Notes: a model not told the origin generated them from the letters alone. Shown: positions 45,358 through 55,278, counted from the first letter of the stretch. The stretch is 64,000 bases of DNA from Coriobacteriia bacterium (GCA_036504755.1 DASXUP010000004.1:26957-90956), one strand, 5' to 3'. Made by a program: numbers and translations.

Positions 45358-48007
45358 CCTCAGCTGGGCCGCAGGACTTCTTCGCCGCCGGCCCGCGCGC
45401 ATCCTCGGCACGGCGTTCTGCATCGCGCTGGGCGTGGCGCTGCTCGCGTCGCTCGGCGCGTTCTTCTCCTTCGCCCGCGCGGGCATGACGCGGGGCGCCA
45501 TCGCGGGCGTGCCCGCCGACTGGCAGGTGCAGCTCTCGCCCGGTGCCGACGCCACCCGCTCGCTCGCCGCCGTGGCGTCCTTCAAGGGCGTCTCGCTGGC
45601 GCGCCCTGTCGCGTTCGCCGACGTGCCCTCGTTCGAGGCCTCGGCGGGCGGCGCGGTGCAGACCACCGGACAGGGCAAGGCGGTCGGCATCCCGCCGGCC
45701 TACGCGGCGGATTTCCCCGGCGAGGTGCGGTTCCTCCTCGGCGCTCACGACGGCGTGCTGCTCGCCCAGCAGACCGCGGCCAACCTGCATGCCGACGTCG
45801 GATCCACCGTGCTCGTCGCGCGGCCGGGTCTCCCTCCGGTCCCGCTGCGCGTGGACGGCGTCGTCGACCTGCCGTCGGCCGACTCGCTGTTCCAGACGGT
45901 CGGCGCACCTCCGGGAGCCGGCGCGACCGCGCCGCCCGACAACGTCGTCCTCCTCCCGCTCGCCGAGTGGCATCGCCTGTTCGACCCTGTCGCCGCGGCC
46001 GACCCCGCCGCGGTCGTCACGCAGGTGCACGTCCGCCTGCGGCACGACCTGCCGCCCGACCCCTCGGCGGCGTTCCAGCAGGTGCTCGCCATGGCGCACA
46101 ACCTCGAGGCGCGCTTCGCGGGCAACGCGAGTGTGGGCGACAACCTCGCCGCGCAGCTCGACGGGGCCCGCGCCGACGCCATCTACTCCGAGCTGCTGTT
46201 CGTCTTCCTCGGCCTGCCGGGCGTGATCCTCGGCGCGCTGATCGCCTTCGCCGCCGCCGCCTCGAGCCAGCTGCGCCGCCGGCGCGAGCAGGGGCTGCTC
46301 CGGCTGCGTGGCGCGACGCCTCGGCAGCTGCTCGCTCCGGCGGTCGCCGAGGCGTCCGTCGTGGGTGTGCTCGGGGTCGTGGCGGGGCTCGCCGCGGCGG
46401 CGTTCGCGGGTCGGGCCGCGTTCGGCTCGCCGCCGCTGCCATCGGGGCAGGCGCTCGCCTGGTGGATCGCGGCCGCGGCGGCCGGTGTCGCGCTCGCGCT
46501 CGCTGCTATCGTGCTGCCCGCGTTGCGCGATGCCCGCGACCTCACCGTGAAGGCGGCCGCCGCGAGCGTCGAGCCGCCGCGAGCGCCGCTGTGGTCGCGC
46601 CTGTACCTCGACGTCGCGCTGCTCGCGGCTGCAGGCGTCATCTACTGGGAGTCGCTGCGCAACGCGTACCAGGTCGTGCTCGTGCCCGAAGGCGTACCGA
46701 CGATCTCGGTCGACTACCTGACACTGCTCGCGCCCATGATGCTGTGGCTCGGCGCCGCGCTGCTGTCCTGGCGGCTCTCGCGCCTGCTGCTCACCCATGG
46801 CCGTCGCGCGCTCGCTTTCGTGTACCGGCCCTTCGCTCGCGGGCTGTCCCCCGTTGTGACCGCTTCGATGTCGCGCCAGGAGTCGCTCATCAGCCGAGGT
46901 CTCGTCATCGTGGCGCTGACGGCGTCCTTCGCGGTGTCGGTCGCCGTCTTCAACACGACGTACGCGAACCAGGCGCGCGTGGACGCCGAGCTCACCAACG
47001 GCGCCGACGTGTCCGTCCAGACGCCGGCCGCCGGCTTGCCGCCGGCGCTGCCCGGCCAGGTGCGCGGCCTTCCCGGCGTCGAGGCGGTCCAGCCGATGCA
47101 GCACCGGCTCGCGTACGTCGGCAACGACCTGCAGGACCTCTTCGGCATCGACCCGCGGGGCATCGGGTCCGCGACGCCGATGTCCGACGCGTTCTTCCAG
47201 GGCGGGAACGCGGCGGGCGTCCTCGGCAAGCTCGCCGCCACGCCCGACGGCATCCTCGTCGCGGCCGAGACGGTGAACGACTTCCAGCTGCAGCCGGGCG
47301 ACCTCATCCGCATCCGGCTCCAGTCGGCGAAGGACCGGAGCTATCACGTGGTGCCGTTCCACTACGTCGGCATCGCGAAGGAGTTCCCGACCGCGCCGCA
47401 CGACTCGTTCCTCGTCGCGAACGCCGGCTACGTCGCGCGCGCGACCGGCTCGCCCGCGTTCCAGACGCTGCTCGTGAAGACGAACGCCTCCCCGCCGAAG
47501 GTCGCTGCCGAGGTGCGCGGGCTGCTCGGCCCCGCGAACGGGGCGAAGGTGTCCGACATCGTGTCCGAGCTCAAGGTCACGCTGTCTGCGCTGACGGCCG
47601 TCGACCTCTCCGGCCTCACGCGGCTGGAGCTCGCGTTCGCGGTGGTGCTGGTGGCCGCGGCGTCGGGCCTGTTCCTCATCCTCGGCTACGCCGAGCGGCG
47701 CAGGATGTTCGCCATCGCCACCGCCCTCGGCGCTCGTTCCGATCAGCTCGCGGCGTTCGTCTGGGGCGAGGCTCTGTTCACCACGCTCGGCGGGATCGTG
47801 CTCGGGGCGACCAGCGGCTTCGTGCTGTCGGCCGCCATCGTCAACATCCTCACCGGCGTGTTCGACCCGCCGCCGGAGCGGCTGTTCGTGCCGTGGGGCT
47901 ACCTCGGCGCGGTCCTCGGCGTCGCTGTCGCCGCCGTCGTCGCGGCGGGTCTGGTCGCGATCTGGAGCGCGCGCCGGCCGAGCATGGAGGTGATACGGGA
48001 CCTATGA
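45350..48007 (+). CDS. fused FtsX-family ABC permease (two FtsX/MacB-like halves)
   Basis: 885 aa. Two repeats of TM1, a large extracytoplasmic domain, then three TM helices. 8-nt overlap with the upstream ATPase gene. Confidence 0.8.
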   Translation: MLSLSWAAGLLRRRPARILGTAFCIALGVALLASLGAFFSFARAGMTRGAIAGVPADWQVQLSPGADATRSLAAVASFKGVSLARPVAFADVPSFEASAGGAVQTTGQGKAVGIPPAYAADFPGEVRFLLGAHDGVLLAQQTAANLHADVGSTVLVARPGLPPVPLRVDGVVDLPSADSLFQTVGAPPGAGATAPPDNVVLLPLAEWHRLFDPVAAADPAAVVTQVHVRLRHDLPPDPSAAFQQVLAMAHNLEARFAGNASVGDNLAAQLDGARADAIYSELLFVFLGLPGVILGALIAFAAAASSQLRRRREQGLLRLRGATPRQLLAPAVAEASVVGVLGVVAGLAAAAFAGRAAFGSPPLPSGQALAWWIAAAAAGVALALAAIVLPALRDARDLTVKAAAASVEPPRAPLWSRLYLDVALLAAAGVIYWESLRNAYQVVLVPEGVPTISVDYLTLLAPMMLWLGAALLSWRLSRLLLTHGRRALAFVYRPFARGLSPVVTASMSRQESLISRGLVIVALTASFAVSVAVFNTTYANQARVDAELTNGADVSVQTPAAGLPPALPGQVRGLPGVEAVQPMQHRLAYVGNDLQDLFGIDPRGIGSATPMSDAFFQGGNAAGVLGKLAATPDGILVAAETVNDFQLQPGDLIRIRLQSAKDRSYHVVPFHYVGIAKEFPTAPHDSFLVANAGYVARATGSPAFQTLLVKTNASPPKVAAEVRGLLGPANGAKVSDIVSELKVTLSALTAVDLSGLTRLELAFAVVLVAAASGLFLILGYAERRRMFAIATALGARSDQLAAFVWGEALFTTLGGIVLGATSGFVLSAAIVNILTGVFDPPPERLFVPWGYLGAVLGVAVAAVVAAGLVAIWSARRPSMEVIRDL

Positions 48008-48053
48008 GCCAGGCAATAGACGTCGAAACGGCATGCGTTCGGAGGTGTTCGGG

Positions 48054-48854
48054 ATGAATCGATGGATCGCGATCGCTCTCGCACCGGCACTCGCGGCGGC
48101 TCTGCTGGCGGGCTGCGCACCGGCAGCAAAGACGCCGAGCCCGCCGGTGATCTCGAAGCCGGCGACGACTTCCGTGCAGCCGTCGGAGGCTGCTACCGCG
48201 TCGCTGCCGACCACGGCCGCCGTCGCGCCGAAGTTCCCGGGCGCGGCCGCTTTCAGCAAGCCGGCCGTCACGAACCCGTGGTACCCGCTGACTCCCGGCA
48301 CGACCTCGGTGTACCACGGCATCAAGGACGGGAAGGCGTCGGTCGCCACCTTCGTCGTCACGCGCGAGACCACGATGGTACTCGGCGTGAAGGCGACGGT
48401 CGTGAGCGACGTGCTCACCCAAGACGGGAAGCAGGTCGAGGTCACGACGGACTACTACGCGCAGGACGACACGGGCAACGTGTGGTACTTCGGCGAGTCG
48501 ACGCGAAAGGCGGACGCGAGCGGCAAGCTCACCAACACCGAGGGGTCGTGGAAGGCGGGCGTGAACGGCGCGACGCCGGGGATCATCATGCCGGCAGACC
48601 CGAAGGTCGGGCAGACATTCAAGCAGGAGAACTTCCGCGGGCACGCCGAGGACAACTTCAAGATCGAGAGCCTGACCGCCTCCGTCACCGTCCCGTACGG
48701 ATCGTTCACCGGTGCGATGCACACGCTGGAGTGGACGCCGGTGGAGCCGGGCGTCATCGACGGCAAGTACTACGCGAAGGGCGTGGGCAACGTGGCCGAG
48801 GCGTCCGTGCAGGGACCGAAGGAGACGTCGGACCTCGTCAGCTTCACGAAGTGA
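48054..48854 (+). CDS. lipoprotein (unknown function), last gene of the ABC module
   Basis: GGAGG SD 8 nt before ATG 48054. MNRWIAIALAPALAAALLAGC lipobox. Confidence 0.55.
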   Translation: MNRWIAIALAPALAAALLAGCAPAAKTPSPPVISKPATTSVQPSEAATASLPTTAAVAPKFPGAAAFSKPAVTNPWYPLTPGTTSVYHGIKDGKASVATFVVTRETTMVLGVKATVVSDVLTQDGKQVEVTTDYYAQDDTGNVWYFGESTRKADASGKLTNTEGSWKAGVNGATPGIIMPADPKVGQTFKQENFRGHAEDNFKIESLTASVTVPYGSFTGAMHTLEWTPVEPGVIDGKYYAKGVGNVAEASVQGPKETSDLVSFTK

Positions 48855-48858
48855 CGGC

Positions 48859-49278
48859 TCAGCGCTCCGGCACGAAGCGGTAGAGGACGAGGTCGGAGCG
48901 GTCGAGGAACCGCGCGTGGAACCACGTGACGCCGAGGCCGGTGGCGACGTAGACGCGCTGCCCGGCGCGCTCGTACGTCCCGTCGACGAGGAAGCCGCGC
49001 AGGTCGGGCAGGAACTGGATCTCGTTCGTGCCCGGATGCTCGCCCTCCTCGCCCTTCAGTTCTGCGCGGGTAGCGCCCTCGTGCCGCCCGAACTCGACGC
49101 CGTGCAGGTCCGTCGTCTGCACGAGCGTCACCTCGTGCAAGAGGCCCTTCACCGGGACGACCGCCACTCGCGGCACGGGCGAGCGCGTGTCGAGACGCTC
49201 TACGGCGACGCAGCCTGCCGCGACGACGAGAGCGCACAAAGCCAGGATGAGCCAGAGACGTGGGGACTTCACTGTCAT
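48859..49278 (-). CDS. 139-aa membrane-anchored protein resembling the two ends of a metallophosphoesterase (possible internally deleted remnant)
   Basis: ATG 49276-49278. TM/lipobox-like LILALCALVVAAGC. LVQTTDLHG resembles motif I and VYVATGLGVTWFHARF...LVLYRF resembles the C-terminal strand of YkuE-type enzymes. The middle ~150 aa expected from recollection are absent. Confidence 0.35.
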   Translation of the reverse strand: MTVKSPRLWLILALCALVVAAGCVAVERLDTRSPVPRVAVVPVKGLLHEVTLVQTTDLHGVEFGRHEGATRAELKGEEGEHPGTNEIQFLPDLRGFLVDGTYERAGQRVYVATGLGVTWFHARFLDRSDLVLYRFVPER

Positions 49279-49297
49279 GGTACCCGCAGGTCCGCCG

Positions 49298-50062
49298 TCA
49301 CGATGCCTTGCAGTGCTCGATCGCGCGTTCATGCGCGCGCCACTCGAGCGAGTCTTCGAGCGGCGGCAGCGGGTCGCCGGGGCCGTAGCGCTCGCAAAGC
49401 GCGGTCGCGATGAGGCGGTCCGCGAGCCACGGGTTCTTCGGCAGGAGCGAGCCGTGCAGGTACGTGCCGACGCAGTGCTTGTAGACCGCGCCCTCGAACG
49501 CGCCGTCGCCCTCGTTGCCGTAGCCGCACACCACCCGGCCGAGCGGCTCCAAACCAGGGTCGAGCCGCGTGTGGCCGGAGTGGTTCTCGAAGCCCACCAG
49601 CGTCGGGTCGCCGCCATGCCGCAGCCACTCGTGCGGGTTGTCCCGGGTGTCGATGACGACGTCGCCGATGAGCCGCCCCGTCCCCGCGACGGTGTCCGCG
49701 GCGAACACGCCGATCCCGGGCAGCGTGACGCCGTCGGACGTGAGGAACGACCGGCCGAGGAGCTGGAACCCGCCGCAGATCGTGAGCGACACCATTCCCT
49801 CCTCGACGCGCTGCCGTATCATCTCGCCGTGCGTCACGAGGTCGTCGGCCACGAGCGACTGCGCGCGGTCCTGCCCGCCGCCGACGAACAGGATGTCGCA
49901 CTCGCCGAAGTCGACCGGCTGCGCGATCCCGACCTTCACCACGCGGCAGCCGATGCCGCGCCACTCGCACCGCCGCTGCAGCGTCTGCACGTTGCCGAAG
50001 TCGCCGTAGAGGTTGAGCGTGTCGGCGTACAAGTGGAAGACGGTGAGCGTGCGTTCAGGCAT
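49298..50062 (-). CDS. gatD: lipid II isoglutaminyl synthase, glutaminase subunit (CobQ/CobB-type GATase)
   Basis: HLYADTLNLYGDFGN, catalytic ICGGFQLLG, GFENHSG, YLHGSLLPKNP. 8-nt overlap with murT upstream. Confidence 0.8.
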   Translation of the reverse strand: MPERTLTVFHLYADTLNLYGDFGNVQTLQRRCEWRGIGCRVVKVGIAQPVDFGECDILFVGGGQDRAQSLVADDLVTHGEMIRQRVEEGMVSLTICGGFQLLGRSFLTSDGVTLPGIGVFAADTVAGTGRLIGDVVIDTRDNPHEWLRHGGDPTLVGFENHSGHTRLDPGLEPLGRVVCGYGNEGDGAFEGAVYKHCVGTYLHGSLLPKNPWLADRLIATALCERYGPGDPLPPLEDSLEWRAHERAIEHCKAS

Positions 50063-51545
50063 TGCCCCCCCTCATGAGCCTGCCGAGGTGGGCGAAGGTG
50101 CTTCCGTCGTGCGCGAAGGCGTTGCGGATCGCGATCATCGCCGTGTAGGTCGCCAGCGCGTACGCGAGACCTCCGGGCGGCATGTCCCGCACGAGTTCGC
50201 GCAAGGCGGTGCCGGGGTCGCGCTCGACTACGATCCCCTCGGCGGGCACCCCGGCGTACTTCAGTCGCAGAGCCATGTCCTCGGCGCGTGTCCCGGTCGC
50301 GACGATGGTATGCCGCGCCATGTCGTAGTCCTCGAAGTCGACGTCCCAGATCCAGCTGATGTCGCGTCCGTCGGCGAAGTTGTCGTTCAGCGCGAACGCC
50401 AGGTGCTTCGGCTGCTCGTCGATGAGGACCGCGGCCAGCGCCTGACGGGCGGCCACGGGGTTCTTGGAGAGCAGCAGGATGACGTCCCGCCCGTCCACGT
50501 CGAGCGTCTCCATGCGGCCGAACGCCGCGCGGTAGTCGCGCAGCTCGGCCGCCACCGCTCGGCTCGGGACGCCGTACACGAAGGACGCCGTGGCCGCCGC
50601 CGCAGCGTTGTAGACGTTGTAGAGCGCCGGGACGGGCAACTCGATCCGCAGGATGACGCCCTGCCCCAGCAGACTGAACGCCGAGGAGCGCGGCGTGAGG
50701 GCTATGTCCGTGACCGCGTAGTCGAGTGGCGGGCGTTCCAGGCCGCAGTTCGGGCAGTGCCAGTCGCCGTTGTGGCCGTAGTAGCGGGTCCGGTACGCGA
50801 GCTCGTGACCGCAGCGTCGGCAGTACATCGCCTCGAGCAGGGGATCCGGGCGGGGGTCGAGGACCGGATCGTCCAGGCCGTAGTAGACGACCGGCCCCGC
50901 CGCATAACGTCCCAGGCCCGCGACGTAGGGGTCGTCGGCGTTGAGCACGGTCGTCATGTCGGGGCGCCCGGCCAGCGCCTCGCCTACGGTCGCCACTATG
51001 GAGTCGACCTCACCGTAACGGTCGAGCTGGTCGCGCACGAAGTTCATCGCGACCGCGATGCGCGGGCGGACGTCGGACACCACGTCCGGCATCGAGCCCT
51101 CGTCGACCTCGAGCACCGCCATTTCCGCGCCGCGGAGACCTCGGCCGAGGATGTCGGCGGAGCGGATGAGGGACGACGAGATGCCGCGGTGCAGGTTCGA
51201 GCCGGAGTCGTTGCTGATCACGCGCGTCCCATCGCGGCGCAGCATGCCCGAGAGCATCTTGGTGGTCGTGGTCTTGCCGTTGGTGCCCGTCACCACGATG
51301 AAGCCGCCGGCCACCCGCTCGGCGAGTTCGCGGACCAATCCCGGGTGCACGCGGTCGGCGACGAGGCCCGGCAGCGAGGTCCCTCCGCCCACGCGGAACA
51401 GGCGAGTGGCCGAGGCGGTCGTCTTGCCGGCGATGATCGCGGCCGCGCGCAGCGGGTCGAACGCCGGACGCCGCACCGGCGCGAGACGGTCCGGGCGTCC
51501 TGTCCGCGATCCGGCGATGCCGGCGCCGTGCTCCGAAGCGGCCAT
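50055..51545 (-). CDS. murT: lipid II isoglutaminyl synthase, Mur-ligase-like subunit
   Basis: VTGTNGKTTTTKM P-loop and the Zn-ribbon CRRCGH...CPNCG typical of MurT. Start taken at MAASEH (ATG 51543-51545); the upstream track extension is unsupported. Confidence 0.8.
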   Translation of the reverse strand: MAASEHGAGIAGSRTGRPDRLAPVRRPAFDPLRAAAIIAGKTTASATRLFRVGGGTSLPGLVADRVHPGLVRELAERVAGGFIVVTGTNGKTTTTKMLSGMLRRDGTRVISNDSGSNLHRGISSSLIRSADILGRGLRGAEMAVLEVDEGSMPDVVSDVRPRIAVAMNFVRDQLDRYGEVDSIVATVGEALAGRPDMTTVLNADDPYVAGLGRYAAGPVVYYGLDDPVLDPRPDPLLEAMYCRRCGHELAYRTRYYGHNGDWHCPNCGLERPPLDYAVTDIALTPRSSAFSLLGQGVILRIELPVPALYNVYNAAAAATASFVYGVPSRAVAAELRDYRAAFGRMETLDVDGRDVILLLSKNPVAARQALAAVLIDEQPKHLAFALNDNFADGRDISWIWDVDFEDYDMARHTIVATGTRAEDMALRLKYAGVPAEGIVVERDPGTALRELVRDMPPGGLAYALATYTAMIAIRNAFAHDGSTFAHLGRLMRGGNA

Positions 51546-51767
51546 CGCCGAACCCCCTCGCTCGTGATCCTCGGCGTTCGAGAGCGCGTGTATTCCCGCG
51601 GCAAGAGGAGCAGTCGCGACCGGCCGTCGAGCGACCCGGACGAGCGGGACGACGGCGACCAGAAGGCGGACGAGGTCGTGCAGAAGCGTGCGAGCGCGGG
51701 TTGGAGGCATGCATCGAGGGTAGCGGCCGGACCCTGAGAGAACGCTAAGCGACGCCCGCCCGTTACG

Positions 51768-52601
51768 TCAGTCCACCGGGAGCATCGAGTCCACCGGGGC
51801 GTACCGGTCCGACAGGACCGGCACGTCGGCCGTGGGCACTCGCCTGCGGTAGAGGTCCGCGCCGAAGTCCGCGAAGCCTCGCACGCTCACGCGGCCGTCG
51901 ACCCGCCGCTCGATCCGGTCGAGCAGGATACCCTCCGGGACGGCGGCGTCACTGGCGAGGATGACGATGTTGCGGATGAGGTGGGGCGTCGCGTCGGCCG
52001 AGAGCCCCACCGGGAACACGTAAACGTGGCGCCACACGGCGCCTATGGTCTTGTAGAAGCTGCGGAACAGCCGGCTTCCGTCCCCCTCGATCCTGCCGAT
52101 CAGGTTGTAGGCGACGACGCCGTCGGGTGTGAGGACGCCGCGCGACTGGCGGAAGAACTCCTCCGTGGCGAGGTGGAACGGGATCGAGTCCGCGTAATAC
52201 GCGTCCATCACGACGATGTCGTACCGCTCCTTCGTACCGGCGACGTACTGCCTTCCGTCGGCTGTGAAGACGCGCAGCCGGGGGTCGTCCGGCATGCCGA
52301 AGTACCGCCTCGCGACGTCGACGACCACGGGGTCGATCTCGACGGAGTCGATGCTCATCGCCGGGTAGTCCCGCCACATCCGCTTCGGCAGCGTCCCTCC
52401 GCCTAGGCCGATGACGAGGACGCGCCGCGCATCTGGCTTCACCGCCAGCGCGAGATGGAGGTAGTCGGTGTAGCGGATATCGGAGCTGTAGCCGTCGCGC
52501 AGTTCGATCGCGCTCTGCCGGCGGTCGCCGAACTTCAGCGACCGCACGCCACCGCGGTCGATCACCGTGATCCTGTGGTACCGGGTGTCCTTGCGGAACA
52601 C
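51768..52601 (-). CDS. spermidine-synthase-like (polyamine aminopropyltransferase family) protein
   Basis: VLVIGLGGGTL, VEIDP.VV..A..YF, DIVVMDAY motifs. Start uncertain; GTG 52599-52601 is the first start codon after the upstream stop. Confidence 0.65.
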   Translation of the reverse strand: MFRKDTRYHRITVIDRGGVRSLKFGDRRQSAIELRDGYSSDIRYTDYLHLALAVKPDARRVLVIGLGGGTLPKRMWRDYPAMSIDSVEIDPVVVDVARRYFGMPDDPRLRVFTADGRQYVAGTKERYDIVVMDAYYADSIPFHLATEEFFRQSRGVLTPDGVVAYNLIGRIEGDGSRLFRSFYKTIGAVWRHVYVFPVGLSADATPHLIRNIVILASDAAVPEGILLDRIERRVDGRVSVRGFADFGADLYRRRVPTADVPVLSDRYAPVDSMLPVD

Positions 52602-52609
52602 GATCCACC

Positions 52610-53044
52610 CTACCGCGCGTGCCAGTGAAGCTCGACCTCGTCGACGTGGCGCAGCTCGTCCTCGCGCTCCTCGGCCACCAGCTGCTCCGCCTCGGCGGGT
52701 AGATCGGACGCGAGGGCGTCGGTGAAGAAGCTCGCGTTCGCACGCTCGATCAGCAGCAGGTGCTCCATCGCTTCGGCCGGGTCGCGAGTCCGCTCGATCA
52801 GCTCGAGTTCCTCGCGCACGAAGCGGATGAACTCCGCGCTCGGTTCGGCGCCGCCCGCCGTGCGCTCGAGCAGCCGGTGCATCCGCGCGAGATGACGCGC
52901 GTGGTCGGCGCGGAACCCGCCGAGGCGCTGCCGCAGGTCCTCGCCGCTCACCTTGTGCTCCACCGAGTCGTACGCGCGCACCGTGGCTGTCTCGAGCCAC
53001 GACAGACGCGCCAGCTGGTTCGCCGTCCCCCTCCGGTCGCCCAT
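52610..53044 (-). CDS. ferritin-like four-helix-bundle protein (DUF2383-like)
   Basis: ...TVRAYDSV...LGGFRADHARH...EAMEHLLLIERANASF...HVDEVELH is paralogous to both halves of 56110-57102. Confidence 0.6.
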   Translation of the reverse strand: MGDRRGTANQLARLSWLETATVRAYDSVEHKVSGEDLRQRLGGFRADHARHLARMHRLLERTAGGAEPSAEFIRFVREELELIERTRDPAEAMEHLLLIERANASFFTDALASDLPAEAEQLVAEEREDELRHVDEVELHWHAR

Positions 53045-53149
53045 CTGCCCCCCGTTCCTTGGATCTTTCGAACGCTAGATTCCCTCCTCCGCGACGGCGC
53101 AGCGGCCCCGGCGGGTACCATCCGATGGCAGGCGGGGAGGGGAGCGGCG

Positions 53150-53464
53150 ATGACGACCGAGACATACCGCGTTTCCACCGGGGACGCCGTCCAGACGATC
53201 GCGGAGCTTCTGGAGCGAGACGACGTGCGGTCCATCCGCGTGGAGGACGTCGACGGCGACGTTGTGGTGGAGGTGCCGGGCACCTCGACGTCCGAGGGTG
53301 GCGCGCGCGAGCTGATGGAGCGCTGGCAGGACTACGTGGGCGGCGGTTCCGAGGTGACGGTCGTCGCCGAGACCGGTCTTCCCCCCGACGAACCGGCGCA
53401 CGGACGCATCCTCGAGGAGCCCCCCGAGCACCCCGAGGAAGGCGAGCCGAGCCGTCACGGCTAG
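53150..53464 (+). CDS. small acidic protein, DUF4342-like N-terminus
   Basis: ATG 53150. ETYRVSTGDAVQTIAELLERDDVRSIRVEDVDGDVVVEVP resembles DUF4342; the tail is acidic and Pro-rich. Confidence 0.45.
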   Translation: MTTETYRVSTGDAVQTIAELLERDDVRSIRVEDVDGDVVVEVPGTSTSEGGARELMERWQDYVGGGSEVTVVAETGLPPDEPAHGRILEEPPEHPEEGEPSRHG

Positions 53465-53491
53465 GGACACCGCGAAGAGGGGACCGAGGCG

Positions 53492-54655
53492 ATGCGCGCA
53501 CGTTCGTGGATGCTGCCGGTGCTCGCCGCCGTCGCCGGGGTGGGCGCGGGCGTGCTGCTCGTCGAGGCCGACCGCGCCCTGGCGAGGGCGGGAGCGGCGG
53601 GCGTGCCCGAGGCGGTCGCGCCACTGCTCGTCGCGCTCATGCTCGCCTCGGCCGTGCTGATCGCGCTGCTGGCCGCGCTCGGAGCCGTCTTGCGTCCCAC
53701 GGTCTCCGCGCTGCCGGCCCCCTCGGCGTCGCGCATCATCGCGTGGCTGGTGGTCACCGTCGCGGTGGCCGCCGCCGGGCTCGGCTCGGTGCGCTTCGGC
53801 GGCGCGGGGTTGCCGTTCGCGCCCGCGCTCACCGCTACCGTCGCGGCGCTCCTGTTCGCGATCGGGCTCGTGGCGTTCGCGCGGCATGCGCGCGTGCTCG
53901 CCCACGCGGCCCGGCCGTACGCTGCGGTGGCGCACCTCGGCGAGCTGGCGGTCGAGGCGGCGGATCGCCGCTATCCGCCGCGCCTCCCGGCCGAGGCACC
54001 CGAGCCGCCGCCTCTGCGGCTCGGGAGGGTCGTGCCGTCTCCGCGCACGGGCTACGTCGTCCACGTGGACGGCCCGCGTCTTGTCCGCGACGCGCGCCGC
54101 GCCAACGCGGTGGTGGTGGCGCCCGCCATCGGCGCTTTCGTCATGCGCGGCGAGCCGCTGCTGCAGGTGTTCGCGCAGGACGGCAAGCCGCTCCCCCGGC
54201 GCATAGCGCGCGGAGTGAGGGTCGCGGAGCTGCGTGATGTACGCGAGGACGTCGCGTTCGACCTCGGCCTGCTGTCCGACGTCGCCGTCGGCGCGATCGC
54301 CTCGGAACCTGGAGTAGCGGAGGCCGCACTGGACCGCATCGGCGAGGTGCTCGGGCGGCTCGGGCCGAGGCCTTTCCCGCACGGCCGGTTCGCGGACGCG
54401 AAGGGACGGCTGCGTGTGGTGCAGCCCGTGCGGAGCTGGTCGCGGCTCGTCGAGATCGCGCTGTCCGACCTCGCGCTTCGCGCCGGCGCGGACCCGCGCG
54501 TGCGCGAACGGCTGGCAGCGCTTATCGACCAGCTCCGAAGGCGCGTCGCTCCGGAGCGCGCCGCGGTGCTGGCTGCGTACGCGCCGCACCCCGGCTTCAC
54601 CCATCCCGTGGTCCGCCGGGTCCCCGTCGTCGATCTCGAGCCCTCGCCCCGCTAG
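53492..54655 (+). CDS. DUF2254-like membrane protein
   Basis: Four N-terminal TM helices, then a soluble domain with ...TGYVVHVD...ED.AFDLGLLSDVAVGAI... pattern. Confidence 0.6.
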   Translation: MRARSWMLPVLAAVAGVGAGVLLVEADRALARAGAAGVPEAVAPLLVALMLASAVLIALLAALGAVLRPTVSALPAPSASRIIAWLVVTVAVAAAGLGSVRFGGAGLPFAPALTATVAALLFAIGLVAFARHARVLAHAARPYAAVAHLGELAVEAADRRYPPRLPAEAPEPPPLRLGRVVPSPRTGYVVHVDGPRLVRDARRANAVVVAPAIGAFVMRGEPLLQVFAQDGKPLPRRIARGVRVAELRDVREDVAFDLGLLSDVAVGAIASEPGVAEAALDRIGEVLGRLGPRPFPHGRFADAKGRLRVVQPVRSWSRLVEIALSDLALRAGADPRVRERLAALIDQLRRRVAPERAAVLAAYAPHPGFTHPVVRRVPVVDLEPSPR

Positions 54656-54658
54656 GCG

Positions 54659-55120
54659 CTACTTCCCGAGCATCAGCCGGAACGTGTTGACGTGATCCTC
54701 CTCGTCGCCGAGGATGCCCTCCAGCATCCGGCGCGTCGTCACGTCCTCCGCGGAGTCGGCCTGCTTGATGGCGTCGCGGTAAAGGCGGACGGCTTCCTCC
54801 TCGCTCGCGAGGTCCATCGCCGCCATCTGCTCGAGCGTCCTGGCGTCCGTGCCGATGGGTGCCGGTTTCGTCGTCGGGTCACCGCCGAGGAAGTCGATGC
54901 GCTCGCCGAGCATCTCGGCGTGCTTCATCTCCGTGATGGCGACCTCCTTGAACTCCCCGGCGAGTGCTAGGCCCTCCGGCGTCGTCACCTGGTAGTGGTG
55001 GCGCATGTACTGCGTGACCACGGCCAGCTCCCGTGCCCGCAGCTCGTTGAGGGTGTCGAGCAGCGACGTGCTCGTCCTCTCCGCCTGCATGGTCCCCGCC
55101 TGCGACCCGTACTCCGGCAT
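54659..55120 (-). CDS. bfr: bacterioferritin
   Basis: ELAVVTQYMRHHY..., EVAITEMKHAEMLGERI (ferroxidase Glu/His plus the heme-ligand Met position), ILGDEEDHV. Start may be Met-55090. Confidence 0.8.
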   Translation of the reverse strand: MPEYGSQAGTMQAERTSTSLLDTLNELRARELAVVTQYMRHHYQVTTPEGLALAGEFKEVAITEMKHAEMLGERIDFLGGDPTTKPAPIGTDARTLEQMAAMDLASEEEAVRLYRDAIKQADSAEDVTTRRMLEGILGDEEDHVNTFRLMLGK

Positions 55121-55278
55121 CTCTCCACGTCCTTTCCGATGTCACTCCACTCCATCCGGTGCCCGGCACGGGAAGTATTCCCCGAGGGGCCGCCGCTCGT
55201 CCCCGAGGTGCGCGCGTATCGTCGGGCCCTCGTCCGCGGGCATCGCGGTTCGTTCCCGAGCAGCGGCGAGAAGCAACG

